Shown here piece after piece: positions 60,660 to 64,000 of a stretch of DNA of 64,000 bases. The notes beneath the pieces were generated by a model. That model had not been told where the DNA came from and made no database searches. It saw nothing but the letters and a program-made list of their open reading frames with translations. Position 1 is the first letter of the stretch; each line of letters begins with the position of its first letter. Origin of the DNA: Blastocladiella emersonii ATCC 22665 (lineage: Eukaryota; Fungi; Blastocladiomycota); the NCBI GenBank assembly GCA_025594325.1, contig JANHCV010000018.1:1-64000 (forward strand), written 5' to 3'. The position numbers were made by a program, and so were the translations under genes.

Positions 60660-62250
60660 ATGCCCGCGCACCAGGAGGTTCTGCTCTGCCTGGTCCACGA
60701 CTTCCTCGTCGCCAAGGGCCACTCGGCCGCGGCCAAGGCCCTGAACCTCTCCGAGTCGGAGGTGAAGGCCGTCGTCGCCAAGTACACGCCGCTCGTTGAG
60801 CTTGACATCAAGTACGTTGGCCTGGCCGCCGGGCGGCATCGACTTGCCTGCTAACACATCAGCCGTGTGTAGCACGAAGGCTGCCGCCGAGTCGTCGTCC
60901 TCGGACTCGTCCAGCTCCTCGAGCTCGTCGTCCTCGTCCGCGGCCGAGGAGGCTGCTCCTGAGCCTAAGGCTGCCGCCAAGGCCGCGTCGTCCTCGAGCT
61001 CCTCGTCTTCCTCCTCCTCATCGAGCTCCTCGTCGTCGTCGTCGTCCTCGTCGGACTCGGACTCCGACTCGGCCGTCGATGTGAAGCCCGCTGCTGCCGC
61101 CCCCGTTGCCGCTGCGGCCCCCGTCGACGCCGGCGGTGACGTCGTCATGGCCGAGGCCTCGGGCTCGTCGTCGTCGTCGTCAGACTCGGACTCGTCCAGC
61201 TCGTCGTCGTCCTCCTCGTCGTCGAGCGACAGCGGCAGCGAGTCGGACGCCGAGTCGTCTGACTCGGACGCTGAGCCCGCCGCGAAGCCCGCCTCGCCCA
61301 AGAAGGCTGCCGCCTCGCCCGTGAAGAAGGCTGCCTCGCCCGTCAAGGCCGCCTCGCCCGCGAAGAAGGCCGAGTCGTCGTCGTCTGACTCTTCCTCGTC
61401 GTCGTCGTCCTCGGACTCGAGCAGCAGCAGCGACTCGTCGTCCTCGGATTCGGACTCGGATGCCGAGGCTGCCAAGCCCGCGTCGCCCAATAAGGCCGCT
61501 TCCCCCGTCAAGGCTGCCTCGCCCGTGAAGGCTGCCTCGCCCGTCAAGGCCCCTTCGCCAGCGAAGAAGGCCGATTCGTCGTCGTCTGACTCGTCCTCCT
61601 CCTCCTCCTCTTCCTCCGACTCGTCCTCCTCGTCTGACTCGGACTCGGACGACGAGCCTGCCAAGGCTGCCTCGCCCAAGAAGGCTGCCTCGCCCGTCAA
61701 GAAGGCCGCCTCGCCGGTCAAGAAGGCCGCCTCGCCCGTGAAGAAGGCCGACTCGTCGTCCGACTCCTCGTCGTCGTCGTCTGGCTCGGACTCGGACTCG
61801 GACTCGAGCTCCTCGTCTTCCTCGTCGTCGTCGTCGTCGTCCTCTGGCAGCGACTCGTCATCGTCGTCGGACTCGGACTCGGATGCCGAGGTCAAGACCG
61901 AGGCGCCCGCCGCTGCCGTCCCTGCCCCCGCGTCGCCGCTCAAGCGTGCCCGCGAGGAGGAGGAGGACACTTCCTCGTCGTCGGCCGACTCGCAGGAGTC
62001 CAAGAAGGCGCGCAAGAACGAGCCGTTCCGCCGCGTCAAGGCTGAGGAGGTCGAGTTCCTCGACGACCGGCTGCGCGACAACACGTACAAGTCGCACGGC
62101 TCGTTCGGCGACAAGGCGCACCGCGACCTCGTCGTGACGCGCGGCAAGTCGTTCCGCCAGGAGAAGAACAAGAAGAAGCGCGGCAGCTACCGCGGCGGCG
62201 CCATCGACCTCGGCGTCAACTCGATCAAGTTCGGCAACGACTCCGACTAG
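60660..62250 (+). CDS. SRP40: Srp40/Nopp140 (NOLC1) nucleolar phosphoprotein, 2 exons
   Basis: LisH-like N-terminus, alternating acidic-Ser and basic blocks, SRP40_C domain (PFRRV...DNTY...GDKAHRDLVVTRGKSFRQEKNKKKRGSYRGGAID..VNSIKF). Confidence 0.93.
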
Positions 62251-62391
62251 ATTCGCTCGCCGTGCCGCGTTCGCGCGGCCCAGGTCCCCGCTCGCGGCGG
62301 GGTTTTGTATCTCTCTATATTCAATCTGTTTGCTAACCTGACCAAATAACATACAAAACAAGTTTATTAGCCCATCCTTGCCTTGGCCGTG

Positions 62392-64000
62392 TCACATTCC
62401 GAACCCCGCCCCGTCGTACGCCGTGGACCGGAGCTCGCCGACATCGACAGGGACCGCGATCTCGCTCAGCCCGACACCGCCGCCGCCGAGCGGGCCGCCG
62501 CCACCGATGCCAAACTGGCCCGCGGCCGGTCCCGCCCCCGCGCTGGTGCCCGCACTGCCGCCACCGGGGCTGCTCTTGGCCGCCTCGTAGTACCGGGCGA
62601 TCTGGTGCGTGATGCCGCGGTAGTATTCGCCCTGGTGGATAAAGTCGGCGATGGTCGGCGCGGCCACGGGGGACGCCGGCTGCGATCCGGCGCCCCCTGG
62701 CGTCGTCGGCGATGCAGCAGCCGCGGCAGCGGCGACGGCCGCCGTCTGGCCGAGCGTTGGCAGCGGCGTGGTCGGGATCCCGTGCACCTTACCGGCGTGG
62801 CACACATGGAACGTGAAGTCGAGGGCGAGGAACACGTCGATCTGGCGTGTCCACGCGAGCAGGAGGACGGCGGCCCAGTGGACGCTGTCGCCGAACACCT
62901 CGCGGCAGCTGTACCCCTTGGTGTAGCTGGACCCCGAGCAGAACGAGAACTGCAGGAAGCTCACCACGCGGTACAGCTCGCGTGACGTGTCGTAGGTCGT
63001 GCTCGGCGGCAGGCCCTCGGACCACACGGGCGCCAGCGACTGCACGATCGGTCGCAGGTGCAGGAGGAACATCTTGACGAGCGCCGGCGCTGCTGACGCC
63101 GACGCGTGCGCGCCGGGACCGGGGACGGCGCCGGGGGCGGCGGCGCTGGACGCGAGCGGCGGGAGGTGCAGGACCTGCGCCGCGTCGGTCGCGACGTCGC
63201 GCGTCTTGGTGCGGTGGAAGATGTTGAGGGTATCGCCGCTGGCCTACAAATGCCGTGCAAGGGTCAGCTCACCGAACCATACGCGGTAGCGGCGCCATGC
63301 TGCACGCGTACCATGGAGAGCTCGAGGAACCGGATACACAGGAACAGGTTGCCCATCTCGCGCAGGATCTGGAACACGGTCGTGAGGTCCTTGAACGTGA
63401 GCAGCGGCTTGAGGATCACCTGGAAGTACTCGAAGGTGCCCATCACGCCGTAGTCGAGCCCCGGCAGCTTGAGCGTCGCCGGGAACTCTTTGCTCAGCGC
63501 CCACAGGTACGGGCTGAGCCGGTCGCGGAGCTACGAGGCGCGGGCGCAGAGTGTCAGTCGAAGGCCATGAGCACGATGGCCACGCAGGACGTACGTGTGC
63601 CTCGAACGTCGCCGTGATGTCCGCAAAGACGAGCGCGACCCGCGGCCCCAGAAGCCGCGCCATGGAGTCAAAGTGGGCCTTGCCGACGAACAGCAGGTAC
63701 GGCGCGAGCTGGCTCGAGAAGGCAAGAAAGAGATGCTACCGCCGGCGTACGGGAGTCAGTCAGCTCAAAGTCCGACCATCGTTCTTCACTCCGACGCACC
63801 TTGCTCCCGTAAAGGTACTCGTGCTTATGCTGCCGCGTCGCCGCGCGGCCCGAGTTCTCGACCATGGGCATAGCGCACCGGACGAACCGGTTGGTGATGG
63901 CGTTGAACGAGAACTGGTACGCAAAGTCGCGCGCGATCTCGGCCGCCATGTGCGACAGGATGCGGCCGTGGCCGACGGTCGCCTCGTCGATCTCGGCAAG
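62392..64000 (-). CDS. CYFIP: CYFIP/Sra1 WAVE regulatory complex subunit, 3' part; 5' end beyond the window
   Basis: FNAITNRFVR, YLYGSK, LPGLDYG..GTFEYFQ..LK, LREMGN, ELYRVVSFLQF...EVFGDSVHWAA...ALDFTFH all parallel CYFIP motifs. Confidence 0.9.

Noticed and set aside
60880-61990. Regular repeats resembling a CRISPR-like or satellite array
   Set aside because: These are coding repeats of Srp40/Nopp140 (Ser-acidic and KAASPVK units) in a eukaryotic gene.

Overview
GC-rich, gene-dense eukaryotic DNA with short GT-AG introns (mostly about 45-80 nt; branch sites CTGAC/CTAAC/TTGAC). The gene content points to an early-diverging zoosporic fungus. Fungal-type genes (mL59/MRPL25, Crh/Utr2 GH16, Tco89 motif, Atf1) sit beside the axonemal dynein assembly factor DNAAF4 and the WAVE-complex subunit CYFIP. 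Most of the window is conserved housekeeping genes, many head-to-head: Spt20, TMEM115, OSBP, TBL1/Sif2, NDUFB10, RPB5, ketopantoate reductase, DUS2, Erv1, SDHAF3, Atf1, GCV1, DNAAF4, LTA4H, Rad52, Utr2, MRPL25, a telobox Myb protein, Tco89-like, Sec61-beta, WDR24, a tandem-CWCH2 zinc finger, HPPD, a quinone oxidoreductase, glucosidase II beta, Srp40/Nopp140 and CYFIP. The exception is about 14.5-25.4 kb. A roughly 550-bp bidirectional-promoter block occurs twice as a diverged direct repeat. The left copy keeps ketopantoate reductase and only a relic of its partner, and the right copy keeps the partner and only a relic of the reductase. About 10 kb of orphan and frameshifted genes lies between them. 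The partner appears to encode a catalytically degenerate polynucleotide kinase + HAD-IIIA phosphatase protein (T4/bacterial domain order) with an SQ/TQ-rich tail. No rRNA, tRNA, CRISPR array or intact transposable element was recognised. All family assignments come from motif recognition by eye, not database searches, and multi-exon gene boundaries are manual predictions.
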